A stretch of DNA of 64,000 nt. Origin: Mytilus edulis (lineage: Eukaryota). Position 1 is the stretch's first letter. Each line of letters starts with the position of its first letter. The stretch covers positions 35,526,001 to 35,590,000 of the forward strand of contig NC_092346.1 in the NCBI RefSeq assembly GCF_963676685.1. Reading direction: 5' to 3'. Both the position numbers and the translations under genes were made by a program. Of this stretch, positions 12,945 to 25,827 are shown piece after piece. The notes below the pieces were generated by a model, which ran no database searches, was not told the DNA's origin, and saw nothing but the letters and a program-made list of their open reading frames with translations.

Positions 12945-13135
12945 TAAAACCATTAATGCATTTTATCAATATCTTTTATCTTTAACCAAAGTGACCATGT
13001 TTGTTGACAACAAACTTTATATTATGATCATTCACTTAAGATTGGCTGCAATTAGATCAGTAGTTTCCCATTAGAAGATCTTTGATAAAGTTTACGACAA
13101 TGCACAACCATGATGGAAGCCAAGTAATAGCAATA

Positions 13136-14820
13136 GGTGTGGTCACGTTTCTCCAACATTTGGTAATTAGACTTAAACATCACTAGGGATTATGGGGTCC
13201 TCTTAAGGACTGGATCTTGATATCTACCTGTAATTCACCTGTTCTTGACCAAAATATTGTTAAAAAGGTATATATTTTATAAAGAAATATATATTTTTTA
13301 ATAGTCTCCCAAAATTGTAAAAGTCCATATAGTCTAACACAGTGATGTAATTTTTCATTTTATATGTGCATGGTATGATAGACAATGAGACAACTATCTA
13401 CAAGAGACCAAATGAAATAGAAGTTAACAATTATACATAAAAAAGAAGATGTGGTATGATTGCCAATGAGACAACTATTCACAAGAGACCAAATGACACA
13501 GACATTAACAAATATAGATCACCGTACGGCCTTTAACAATGAGCAAAGTCATACCGCATAGTCAGCTTTAAAAGGACCCAGAAAACAAATGTTTAACAAT
13601 TCAAACGAGAAATATAACGGCCTATTTTATGTACAATATAATGAACGAAAAACGAATATATTACACAGCAACGACAACCACCGAATTACAGGCTCCAACA
13701 CTCCCCCTTATCTTGAGACATTGGTGCAACAGAACAATAAAAGAACTGTACAAAAACATACATAAACAAGCAACAAATAATCTAAGACTAAATTATCAAT
13801 CACTACACATCCAGTATCCGTTACCGTACGGCCGGAAGCAATTTTTTGCTTTTTTTCATAATTTTGTTCTCTATTTTTCATAATAATGTATTATATATTA
13901 CAATGTTGCGATCTTGAATAAAAATTAACATTTAATATTTTGAGAGCTATTAAGAATTTATATATCTTGAGTCATTAATCTTATATAAAAGTACAAAACG
14001 CAGCTTATTATCACCTATACAGTTTAATTCAAAATTCTTAGTAAACTTGTCCAAAGCTTAAGTAACAAATCGAAAATACTAGTAGTGCACAATATTCACC
14101 AAGCCAGTTCCCACAGTTCAACACTATATAGATCATGACGCGACGTGATGTACCCAATTTGTATCAGCTCCGTTTTCGAGGAAAAAGTGAACAGATATAC
14201 GACTGACTATTTCATCTGCCAAGACAGCATACCACGAAAACTGGCTTCGGCTCTAGTGATATACAGACAGAACGACTAGGTAGATATATGGTTCTTCGCA
14301 CTAGAAGACAATCGCTTTTGGTGACTTTTTACATAAATAAAACTTTGCTGTTTTGCATCGGTTTAGATTTTAACATCTACATGTAACAGAAATACAAAAA
14401 TATATCAAGTATTGGAATAAATTACTAAAATGAGGTACAGTCAGTGAACATGTTACTTTCAATGAAAAAAAAAATTTCGAGATTATTTCTTCATAATTTT
14501 TTATGAAATTTTCAGTTTGATTAGAATTTCCCTTGTTTATTTAAGGATTTTTTTGTTGAATAACCTTTTTAATTTTGTAAATCAAATACGGCGGATGAAA
14601 ATAATTACGTAACCGTTTCTGGTTATACTCGACCAAAAATATATGGTTTGTTAATGTTTTGATATAAATATTTTTTATCCCCCTTTTTACAATATTTGAG
14701 TTAAGACCTGATATAGGTGAATTACAGGTAATTATCACGATGCCAGTCCTTATGAGGACCCCCTAATCCCTTATGTTGTTTTAGTCTAATTATCAAATGT
14801 TGGAGAAACGTGACTAAACC
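13136..14820. mobile_element. Non-autonomous Mutator-like element, specific to unit A
   Basis: Imperfect TIRs of ~115 bp (GGTGTGGTCACGTTTCTCCAACATTTG / CAAATGTTGGAGAAACGTGACTAAACC). Perfect 9-bp TSD ATAGCAATA at 13127-13135 and 14821-14829; empty sites at ~29175 and ~53083. Confidence 0.85.
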
Positions 14821-15330
14821 ATAGCAATAGCTCACATAGCCTTTGAGCCAGTTGAGCTTAAAATTAAAGGGCAATCAAGAAGCCATGTAACCTCACAACC
14901 AGACTTTTATTCAGATTTCAAACAAAACAAAAATCTTTTTGCTTCCTGATAGTAGAAGAATTTTATAGTCCTTTGTTTGACCTAGTCAGAGATGGAAGCA
15001 ATCATTACCTGTTTACATATTGTCAAAGAGGGTGTTTAAATCATTAAAAACTTAAAGATGAACAAATGTAAAAGAAGTTATAGCTATTATGGCCTTTGGG
15101 GTCGGTTAGCTTATGATTCATCGATTTTTAATATTAACAACAACTTTCAGCAGACTTCTACATCATTGCCACCAGCTTTTATTGGTAGAGGAAGCAATAT
15201 ATAATGCAATTCCAGGTCAGAGTTCAACACACATTGCACAAGAGTGGTTCAAAACCGAAACCTCAGTGTTGATAGACTGGTGATCACTGTAAATGAAACA
15301 CTAAGACCACTCCATCACAAAGTAGCTGGT

Positions 15331-15480
15331 TAGCTTTAATACGAGTAAATCAGTTTATTAAAGCTTTAGTACGAGTAAATCAGTTTATTAAAGCTTTAAT
15401 ATGAGTAAATCAATTAATTAAAGCTTTAATAAGAGTAAATCAGTGTATTAAAGCTTTAACATGAGTTAATCAATTTTTAA
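15331..15480. repeat. 30-bp minisatellite x5
   Basis: Unit AAGCTTTAATACGAGTAAATCAGTTTATTA; 2 units at ~29694-29752 and 4 units at ~53594-53710. Confidence 0.9.
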
Positions 15481-15770
15481 AATAGAATACTACTGTATGT
15501 CAAATTCAATAATCAAATTTACCTCAAATTCCTGCCAAGATTCCAATAACATAAGTCTCTCTTCTTTTTCTCCAGCATGTTTCATAGCATTATTTGCCTC
15601 TTTGTACACAGTTCTGGCTTTTTCAATACAGCTGTCTTCTCCTGTTGTTTTCTCAAACTGACCAAAACTTATCCAAACCTGCAAAGAACAACCAAGGTCA
15701 AATTCTGATATTTTTAAAAAAAGTTGGATCTAATTATAAAGCTCAACTTTGTAAGACAAGACAGGATACT

Positions 15771-16177
15771 AAAATTGAGAAAGGAAATGGGGAATGTGTC
15801 AAAGCGACAACAACCGACCATAGAGCAGACAACAGCCGAAGGCCACCAATGGGTCTTCAATGTAGTGAGAATTCCCGCACCTGTAGGTGTCCTTCAGCTG
15901 GCCCCTAAAAATATGTTTACTAGTACAGTGATAATGAACCTCATACTAAACTCCAAATTATACACAAGAAACTAAAATTAAAAATCATACAAGACTAACA
16001 AAGGCCAGAGGCTCCTGACTTAGGACAGGCGCAAAATTGCGGAGGGGTTAAACATGTTTATGAGATCTCAACTCTCCCCCTATACCTCTAGCCAATGTAG
16101 AAAAAAGTAAACGCATAACAATACACACATTAAAATTCAGTTCAAGAGAAGTCTGAGTCCGATGTCGAAAGATGTAC
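15771..16177. repeat. GC-richer intronic block, probably an interspersed repeat, shared by all units
   Basis: AAAATTGAGAAAGGAAATGGGGAATGTGTC...CGATGTC; also ~30042-30445 and ~54001-54412. Confidence 0.5.
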
Positions 16178-18064
16178 TGGCTGATTATAACAAAGTCTTT
16201 AAAAGACCAAAGATATATTCTGCTGCTTAATCAAGCATTTTAAATTATGTAAAGAAATCATGGCAGATCAAGTTTTAACTTCAAATACATTTTTGGGTGA
16301 TCTCCCCTTTTTTATATATTATTGTAGGATAAGATAAGACTACAAAAATTAAGGAAGGGATAACTTAAAAAAACTATATGATTTTATAGAACAAAAAATG
16401 TTTTACTTTAAAAAACAAATAAAAAAACCGATTAAAAATCTCTTTGTAGAGATATTAAAGGGTAAGTAAACCCCAAAAAACAAAACTTCATCAAAAGTGT
16501 AAATAAATATAAGAAATAAATCTTGTGATCCTTTGGTTTTGTATGGTGCTTTTTTTCAAACTTGTCTGTCAAAATATTTGTTTCTAATATTCTATATGAG
16601 AAATCATAATAATTATAGAATAACTAATCGAAGAATTCAAATCGAGAAAAATATTCATCTAGTGACTGAAGAACACATTAATTCACGAATGCCATAGCCC
16701 ATGAGTTAATTATCATTATTGTATGACGTCAGAGAGTGAAATAACCACAACAACAGGGGCTGAACCTTTTATATATTCTCATTGTACTTCTTGAGATACT
16801 TGCCTTATGTTCATCCAATCATATCATTTCTTTAAAACAAAATATAGAATAGTATTATATATTACCTTCACATGCTTTGTTCGCTGTAACAAACGTCGGT
16901 ACAGATTTCTCACTTTATCAAATTCCTCCTGTTCTATCTGAAAATCAATGTAAGATTTCCACAAGACTTCAGGCATATCTAGCTGTTGCTGATTTATAGC
17001 AAGTTCATAAATGGCTTCCGTTCTGTCTATATCACCCAATATCGTCTCTAACTCTGCATACTGTAAAAAAATAGAATAAACATGTTCAGTTATATCAAAA
17101 ACTTTTGAAAAAGTTTTTATAAAGAGGAATAAAATCTAAAGATAAGTATTACATTTATATACATAAAGATATTTGATAACACCCTAGCTGTTCTCATATT
17201 TCTTGAGAAACAAGGGCATTAACTGTTGCAAAATTAATGTAAATTCCATAAAAATAAAAATTATGTCATGTCTGGGCTGATTATAAAAATCTAACATATT
17301 AAGTAAATATTAAAATTAATGGACCAACAAAAAAAAATCAATTTGTATGCATAAGTATACACCAATGTTCTAGATTTCATTATTCAGAAAATATCTAGGA
17401 CCATATGTTATTAAAAACATCATGAAATAGCAATTTCAACTAATTTAACACTTCAAATCACTGAATTTGGCACACATGTCTTCATTCTATCTCATTTTTC
17501 CAGGAGCTCTATATCATGAACATAAACTTGGTATTAAAGTTGTCAAAATTATTTTTCCCACCTTGATCCAACTTGTACAATTCTCTGGTTCAAATTCAAG
17601 AAATTTTTCATATAATATCCTACATCTTTCAAATTCTCTCAGCTGTAATTCTAGTTCTATATAGCCTCTGTACAATTTGTTTTTTGGACATTTACCAACA
17701 GCTGTACCCTAAAAAGAAAGTTTACAAGATATATAACGAATATACATTAATAATTTTTTAAAAGTTGATACCTAGTTCTACAGATGCTCTCTCCCCCTTA
17801 TTTCAATTTATTTTCTAGTTTGAATGATTCATAAACATTATGATGTCTTTTTTAAATTTCAGTCTACACCGGTAGCCACTAGTCCAAAGTTATACACTAG
17901 TAATACTTTGTTTGAACTAGTAAGTGCAAAATTTTGTTTTTTGGACTTGAGTGCAGACTGAAATTTTAAAACACACATAAAGTTTCTAAAACAAACATTC
18001 TTTCAAAATGATGTAGTTGATTTTTTAATTAAGCCACTTATAAAACTTAAACAATTTCTATTGT

Positions 18065-19664
18065 AAAACCAGATGCTCCGCAGGGCGCAACTTTATACGA
18101 CCGCAGAGGTTGAATCCTGAACGGTTTGGGCAAGTATGGACACAACATTCAAGCTGGATTCAGCTCTAAATTTGGATTGTGATTAAATAGTTGATACAGC
18201 ATAGGTTTCTGACACAGAATGAATGTGGTCTAATGAACTTAAAATTTTTGTTTTGCCTTTGAGCAATTCACTATGCTGTTGAATATTAATCCTCTCAAAA
18301 AAATGTTTGAAGAAATTTTCTTTTTATTTATGAAATCTAAAATGAGAAAAATTAACCCCCGCCCAATTTTTTTTTCACATCCCCCTTTCCCTTATTCCAA
18401 AATCGATCTCAATTTAAATTTCTAATGGAGTTGCAACAATAACTACTTATTTAAATACATCATAAAATATTAAAATGTAAAAAAAGTGCTTGTTATCACT
18501 GAATGGTAAAGATTGTTTTAATTTATCAGTTGGTAATAAAAGTGAATATACATTGTATATTGTATAAAATTTCTTGCTATTGCACAATATTGTGCAATTA
18601 GATATTTCTTGCTATTGTGCAATACTGTGCAATTGAAATATTTGCTATTGCACAATACTGTGCAATTGAAGATTTCTTGCTATTGCGCAATACTGTGCAA
18701 TTGAAAATTTCTTGCTATTGCACAATACTTAATATAATAATTTTGGATCCTGATTTGAACCAACTTGAAAACTAAGCCCATAATCAAAAATCTAAGTACA
18801 TGTTTAGATTCAGAATATCAAAGAAGCCCAAGAATTCAATCTCTGTTAAAATCAAACTTAGTTTAATTGTGGACCCTTTGGACTTTGAGGTAGACCAATT
18901 TGAAAACGGGACCAAAAATTAAGAATCTACGTACACAGTTAGATTTGGCATATCAAAGAACCCCAATTATTCAATTTTTGATGAAATCAAACAAAGTTTT
19001 ATTTTGACCCCAATTTGGACCAACTTGAAAACTGGGCCATAAATCAAAAATCTAAGTACATTTTTAGATTCAGCATATCAAAGAACCCCATGGATTCAAT
19101 TTTTGTTAAAATCAAATTAAGTTTAATTTGACCCTTTTGACCTTAATGTAGACCAATTTGAAAACGGGACCAAAAATTAAGAATCTACATACACAGTTAG
19201 ATACGGCATATCAAAGAACCCCAATTATTCAATTTTTGATGAAATCAAACAAAGTTTAATTTTGGACCCTTTGGGCCCATTTTTTCCTAAACTGTTGGGA
19301 CCAAAACTCCCAAAAATCAATCCCAACCTTCCTTTTATTGACATAAACCTTGTGTTAAAATTTCATAGATTTTTATTTACTTATACTAAAGTTATGGTGT
19401 GAAAAACCAAGAAAAATGCTAATTTGGGTCATTTTTGGCCCCTAATTCCTAAAATGGTGGGACCAAAACTCCCAAAATCAATCCCAACCTTCCTTTTGTG
19501 GTCATAAACCTTGTGTCAAAATTTCATAGATTTCTATTCACTTTTACTAAAGTTAAAGTGCGAAAACTAAAAGTATTCGGACGACGACGACGACAAGGAC
19601 GACGACGCCATCGTGATACCAATATACGACCAAAAAATTTTCAATTTTTGCGGTCGTATAAAAA
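18065..19664 (-). mobile_element. Helentron-associated non-autonomous element (HINE/DINE-1/pearl-like) at the A/B deletion junction
   Basis: Sub-terminal inverted repeats TTTATACGACCGC (18092-18104) / GCGGTCGTATAAA (19650-19662), (GAC)n microsatellite, internal tandem arrays (~33 bp, ~125 bp and ~165 bp units), short GC-rich terminal stem, ends in A/T runs with no TSD. Confidence 0.82.
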
Positions 19665-21804
19665 TTCTAAAGTTCAGCCTTCTTGCCAATTTTTTTTTCT
19701 CTTTGGTTCAGTTGTCCTTTTAAAATACATTTTTGGTACCTTTTATGCTAATCCTATTGTCTCCAATAAACAATGAAGGTTGTGATGGATAGCGAATTGG
19801 CACCAAAATAAGATCACTAAGTTGGACTACAAACATTTCCGTCAAGTTTCATTTTAAAAAAGCAATTGGGTCATAAAAACTTCATACACTATTATCAAAA
19901 TTCAGACTCAGAAATAAACCTTTCAAATAAACTGTGTGAGTGTTAAAAAAAAATATTGCACCAGTCCCAAAAATGAAACTTTCCGATTGATTTTCCTCTG
20001 AGTTCAGTATTTTTGTGATTTTACTTTTTTTTTTATCTTAATTTTGATGTTAAAAAAGAGAACACAAGTCCAATTTGTTAAAGACTCATTTATTTATAAA
20101 AATCTTGCATCACTTATTTCTCAAGTATAAACTTTCATATCACAATTCTTACAAATGAACCATTGTTCTTTTATATATACCACTTTCACACTGTTCAATA
20201 CATACAAATGATTAACCAGCACTCACTCTTACAGTCATAGCACTTTCTCAAAATGAAGGAAGCCTTCTCACGATGAATCTATAACTGACGCAACCCTTCA
20301 GATGTTTACCTGTAAGTAGTATACCATTATCATATTGAAGAATACAATAGAAGTATTTACATTTGTATGCAAATGTGTCTGCTATTACTTAAATCAATTA
20401 ATGAAGTTATTACCACAAAAGTACCCCTGAAATATTGCATCACAATTTTAAATACATGAAGTCATAATTTAAAAGTGATTGTTGCATAATTTCAGGAGAT
20501 GATTCAGATACCAATCTAACATTAATTTGAGAAATATTCAGCTACTGCGAATTTATTTATTTTCCTGGGTACCAATTTTCGTGGATTGAGGAAAACTTTT
20601 TTTTTTGGATATTTGATTTCATGGTTTACAATAGTCTGCATATAATCATACAGCAAATTTGTGATTCGTTGAACATTTGAATTCATAGTTAACTCGTAAC
20701 CCACAAAATCCAAAAAAATTGGTATCAATCGAATGATAATGAATTCACAGCATATAACAAAAGTGTAAATACGTCGATTGTATGCCAATAGAAACGTTTA
20801 CTAAACTCATGACCGCATTAACATTTCAACGTTAAGAAATCTACTTTCTTAAAACAAATGAGATTCCATGAATTGATGGATCAGTGTCTTCATGATCTTT
20901 AAGTACAAATTCCAATTCAATCATGATTTTACAGTGTAAGATGAGTTACTTCCCTTTACTCTCATTACATGAGTCACTCCCCCCTAACTGATCAGCTTTC
21001 CTCATCATCTTCCATTTGTTGTTTCCATTTCTTAGCCATAGCTAACAGTTTAAGATTTGGTTGAGAAGCTTCTTCATCAGGAAATATATAATCATGGTAC
21101 TCTTCCCAGCCTGCATCAGACTGAAAGAAAAAAGGGGAAAATGTACTGATGATTTGGAAAAAATAACATCTTCAATTCTCTTAAAACAATTCATCCAAAC
21201 GACTGCCCATCGATCATTAATGCATTTCTGATCAATCTTTTACTAAATGGTAGTTTTTTTTGGCAAAATTAAAATTTCATGCTTCCCAATGATTCCTAGT
21301 TCATTTTATTTTTACCATTTCCTTGTCCCTCATTCTGTAAGAGATCAAACACATGCAACAGGATAATTTTAGAATAGTTTCTTAATTATTAATAAAAAAA
21401 AACCTGCATAGAATTCTCCAATTAGGAATATGTTAAACTGCTTTGTGTATTTATATGCTTAGAACAATATGTCAGTTTAAAAAAAAATATGATTGGTTCT
21501 CTTTTCCCTCCTTTATAAAAAATATCCAATTCATTATTAGGCATGAATGAATATTGAAATTTGTCACAACACCATATGGAATATTTGTTATTCTATTGAA
21601 AAAAAACCCAAATTATTTGATATAACTTTTTGAATGAGAACAGCTGATAAACAAGCAGAGAACATACCTCATCCTCTGTTTGGATTTTCCTCCTTTTCTT
21701 GATTTTCTGTGGCATTAATCTATTTACATGTTTACGTGTCTCTTCATCCCCATTATCTGCCTGTAAAAAAAAGTAAGTAGTTAGTTAATAGGTGAAACAA
21801 ATCT

Positions 21805-23045
21805 GCATAGGTCAATTCTGTAAATGACTTTCAAGTGGTTGCATGGTCTAAGTAGTTCACTAACACTGATCATTACAACCTGTCAACACTAAGGTTTTGG
21901 AGTTTGAACCCCATTCATAGCAAACTGCATAGATCATTTCTTTTGTATAACTTTGAAGTGGTCAAGCGGTCTAAACAGTTCACGTACACTAATCAATAAG
22001 CTACCAATACTGAGGTTTTGGAGTTTGAACCCCAGTCATAGCAAATCAAACTGCCTACATGTAGGTCATTTCTATTGCATAACTTTAAAGTGGTCAAGTG
22101 GTGTAAACAGTTCACTTACTCTTATCAATAAGCTACCAATACTGAGGTTTTGGAGCTTGAATCCCAGTCATAGCAAATCAAACTGCAAAGGTCATTTCTC
22201 TTGCATAACTGAAGTGGTCAAGCGTTCTAAATAGTTCACTTACACTAATCAATAAGCTACCAATACTGAGGTTTTGGAGTTTGAACCCCATTCATAGCAA
22301 ATCAAACTGCATAGGTCATTTATTTTGCATAACTTTAAAGTGGTCAAGTGGTCTAAACAGTTCACTTACAGTGATCAATAGGCTACCAATACAGAGGTTT
22401 TGGAGTTTGAACCCCATTCATAGCAAAACAAACTGCATAGGTCATTTCTTTTGCATAACTTTTAAGTAGTCAAGTGGTCTAAACAGTTCACTTATAGTGA
22501 TCAATAAGCTACCAATACAGAGGTTTTGGAGTTTGAACACCAGTCATAGCAAATCGAACTGCATAGGGCATTTCTTTTGCATAACTTTAAAGTGGTCAAG
22601 TGGTCTAAACAGTTCACTTATAGTGATCAATAGGCTACCAATACAGAGGTTTTGGAGTTTGAACACCAGTCATAGCAAATCAAACTGCATAGGGCATTTC
22701 TTTTGCATAACTTTAAAGTGGTCAAGTGGCCTAAACAGTTCACTTACAGTGATCAATAGGCTACCAATACAGAGGTTTTGGAGTTTGAACACCAGTCATA
22801 GCAAATCCAACTGCAAAGGTAATTTTTTTTGCGTATCTTTGAAGTGGTCAGGGGGTCTAAATAGTTCACTTACACTAAACAATAGACTCCCAATACTGAG
22901 GTTTTGGAGTTTGTACCCCAGTCATAGCAAATCCAATTGCATAGGTCATTTCTTTGCATAACTTTGCAGTGGCTGAGTGGTCTAAGCTGTTCACTAACAG
23001 GGATCTCTAACCTGTCAACACTGAGCTTGTGAGTTCTAACCTCAC
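21805..23045 (+). repeat. ~126-bp tandem array x~10, derived from a tRNA-like/SINE head
   Basis: Unit starts at about 21836, 21958, 22090, 22214, 22340, 22466, 22592, 22718, 22844, 22968. Each has A-box-like GTGGTCAAGYGGTCTAA and B-box-like GGAGTTTGAACCC; a single unit lies at ~6188-6310 in copy A. Confidence 0.88.
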
Positions 23046-24132
23046 TCTGGACAGAATTTTTACTGATGAAAAACTGAAGAATTACCAGTTTTCCTTTCCA
23101 TAAAACTTTGGAAAATTCAACATAAGTGTTTTGTTTTGTTGAGACAAAAAAACATGTGAAAGTTATCGTTTTACAATGATGCAACTATGTAAACAGTTTA
23201 AATATACAAGAAGTTGTAAATAAAATAACCAAACTTAAAGGAGAACACACTCTCTCATTTGTCAGTCACCAATGGAACTTATGAAAAGTCATGTTTGATT
23301 CTAACTTTATTCATGTGTAAGAATAAAACATCTTTATATTCAATATAAACAATGTATTTCTCAAAGTCCTCCACATTAAAAGAGAACTATTGGCATTTTA
23401 TGCCTCTGTGTTTTCAGAAAAAATCTCAAAATGATGATTTTTTTTTTATATAGCCTTTTTTACCTAAATGGTCTATCTACATGGTACGATTGTAATTGTG
23501 GACAAGGGAAGATAACTCTGTTTTCAAATAACTACTTTCCCAAAGGCAATAATTTTAGAACCTAACAAGGTACATGTACCCTTCACAGTTAATTTAATTT
23601 TCTTGACATGCATGGTTATACATATACACATAATTCTGTATATTTCAATTGTTGGTATCTTGTAATGTTTAGGAATAGGATGTACAGATTAATCGAATGT
23701 TTATCTCAAAAGTAGTGATAAAGTTTTCGAAAATTGATAAGTATCCAGAAAGCCACATTAGGGTTTGATACATCTGTGCAATCTTTCTCCCAATACTAGC
23801 AAGCACAAAATCTTCATTGAAGGGTAATAACTCTCAAAAGGAGTCATTAAAGGTTCTAATGTCATTGGCATTTTGCAAATCTATTTCTTATCATGTTTGC
23901 AGTTGATATAATGATATAAACCATTCTAAATACATGAATTTCAATATCTATTGTATTATAATCAATGTTCTCAAATTAAAATTAAAATTTTATACAATCA
24001 CTGATTTAAATGCTCATTGTTATCATGTTATCAGTATATTAACTCTATGTACAAGGGCATTTAACTTGTTGATCTTAACAACCCCAAAATAGATCAAACA
24101 AGGAAGTGAAATATCTGACACACCTGACAAAT

Positions 24133-25827
24133 ATGGCTTCCTCTCAGCCGTTTGGAGGAGGTCAAGTCCCTGTTAATTGTAAATTATGTGAAACAGATAG
24201 ACCAATACAGTCGAAATGCATAGACTGCAGTATTCTGATGTGTGGTCATTGCAAGGAGAAGGTACATTCCCAATTCAAAAATGCACAAGATCATAAGATC
24301 ATCAAAAGAGAAGAGATTGGATTGCATACTGAAGAACTGGATTTTACCAATATCAAATGTGATGAACATGCTGGACAATCATCATGTCTTTACTGTAATA
24401 CATGTGAAATCCTTGTGTGTCCAACCTGTATTGCGAAAGTTCATAAAAGGCATGATTTAATTGAAATTAGTGATGGATACAAAACAATAATTGACAAACT
24501 GAAAAAAGGAAAAAGTAAAATGCAGAAGAATCATTCTAACATGAAAGCAAAGAAAGATGAGCTGAATATACTAGTGTCAGCAGAAAATTCAAAATATTCA
24601 AAAGTAAGACAAGATATAGTTAGTCATGAGAAAACTGTAAAAGAGCAAGTAGACAAATATTTTAAGGAACTCCTAAATAAATTGGACCAAAGTCATGAAA
24701 CTGTTTTAAAATCAGTTAAATCTGATCTTAATGCTTTATCATTATTCACAAACCAGACGGATGACAAAATAAATGAAGTCCAAGATTTTATTGACATTTC
24801 CAATGCTACTGAATTCTTCAAAGGCGTCAAAACAATGGAAAAATCCACTGAAATCCAAGAACCACAAACCAAGTCTAGCTATTGTTCATCACCAAAATTT
24901 GTTCCAGAGAATGTTAGCCAATCAAACATTGGATCATTACAAGATGATGGGAACTTGTCAGCAGAAATAAACATCTCCCTAGTCATCAATAATAAATATC
25001 AGACTGAACTTGATGCAATAGCATTTATAAGTCCATGTCATGACCAGTCGATTTGGTTAAGTTCTGGTAATCATGGAATCTTACAGAGAGTAAAACCTGA
25101 AGGAACCAACCTAAAGGTTATATCTAAATTTGACATTACCCGTAATGTATATGGCAAGGCAGTTATCCCATCTAATCACCTCCTTCTGAGTGTTATAGGG
25201 AAAACAAGGTTACAACAAATCAGCAGTAGTGGTGAACTGATGGATTCTATTTATGATCTAACACCTTTCTATCCCAAAGCCGTCCATGTAATCAGTGACA
25301 ATAAACTTATAGTAGCAGCTAGTAATGATAAACTAAAAAGAAGTGCTGTGATCATAATGAACAAAAAAGGAGACAAGGAGACTGTATATGAACATGATGA
25401 ACATAATCAACCTTTATTTAATAAACCTAGGTATATAACAACCACCAGTAATGAAAATATACATGTAGTGGATAAGATTTCAGATGATTGGAGTGGTAAA
25501 GTAGTGATCTTAGGACAAGAAGGAAACATAATAAACCAGTATACAGGTCATCCAACTATCAATAAAAGTGAACCATTCATACCAGTAGACATTGTGACAA
25601 CACCAAGTGACAATGTTGTTGTGATAGATCTGGATACCGAAATCTTACACATCCTCAATGACAATGGTCATTTGATTTCATATTTCAATACAAAGGACAT
25701 AGGAATAGAATTTCCATATTCTCTTGCTTTCAACACAACTGGACAACTTTATATAGGATGCAGTAAGGCTGCAGGTAGTCAAACTAAAGAAGCAAAACTA
25801 TATGTAATAAACATTGCAGGATTCTAA
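24133..25827 (+). CDS. RING-less TRIM-like protein copy 2, 564 aa, nested antisense in a CRNKL1 intron
   Basis: Uninterrupted ORF from ATG 24133; same domain motifs as copy 1. Confidence 0.9.
   Translation: MASSQPFGGGQVPVNCKLCETDRPIQSKCIDCSILMCGHCKEKVHSQFKNAQDHKIIKREEIGLHTEELDFTNIKCDEHAGQSSCLYCNTCEILVCPTCIAKVHKRHDLIEISDGYKTIIDKLKKGKSKMQKNHSNMKAKKDELNILVSAENSKYSKVRQDIVSHEKTVKEQVDKYFKELLNKLDQSHETVLKSVKSDLNALSLFTNQTDDKINEVQDFIDISNATEFFKGVKTMEKSTEIQEPQTKSSYCSSPKFVPENVSQSNIGSLQDDGNLSAEINISLVINNKYQTELDAIAFISPCHDQSIWLSSGNHGILQRVKPEGTNLKVISKFDITRNVYGKAVIPSNHLLLSVIGKTRLQQISSSGELMDSIYDLTPFYPKAVHVISDNKLIVAASNDKLKRSAVIIMNKKGDKETVYEHDEHNQPLFNKPRYITTTSNENIHVVDKISDDWSGKVVILGQEGNIINQYTGHPTINKSEPFIPVDIVTTPSDNVVVIDLDTEILHILNDNGHLISYFNTKDIGIEFPYSLAFNTTGQLYIGCSKAAGSQTKEAKLYVINIAGF

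Larger units (their letters stand above)
5364..17708 (-). pseudogene. CRNKL1: Crooked neck (CRNKL1/Clf1/Syf3) partial copy A: last five exons only
   Basis: Exons 17708-17562 (GTAVGKCPKNKLYRGYIELELQLREFERCR), 17060-16866 ([10 protein letters not shown]...[14 protein letters not shown]), 15678-15523 (VWISFGQFE...EERLMLLESWQEFE), 6146-6054 (VDKLMPQKIKKRRKIQTEDG), 5492-5364 (SDAGWEEYHDYIF...NLKLLAMAKKWK*). All in frame with GT-AG; upstream exons are absent beyond the HINE at 18065. Confidence 0.88.

Noticed and set aside
21805-23045. CRISPR-like array, or a repeat protein (ORFs 21953-22961)
   Set aside because: Units are homologous along their whole length with no unique spacers, and the context is eukaryotic. 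The 42-aa periodic ORFs arise only because 126 is a multiple of 3.
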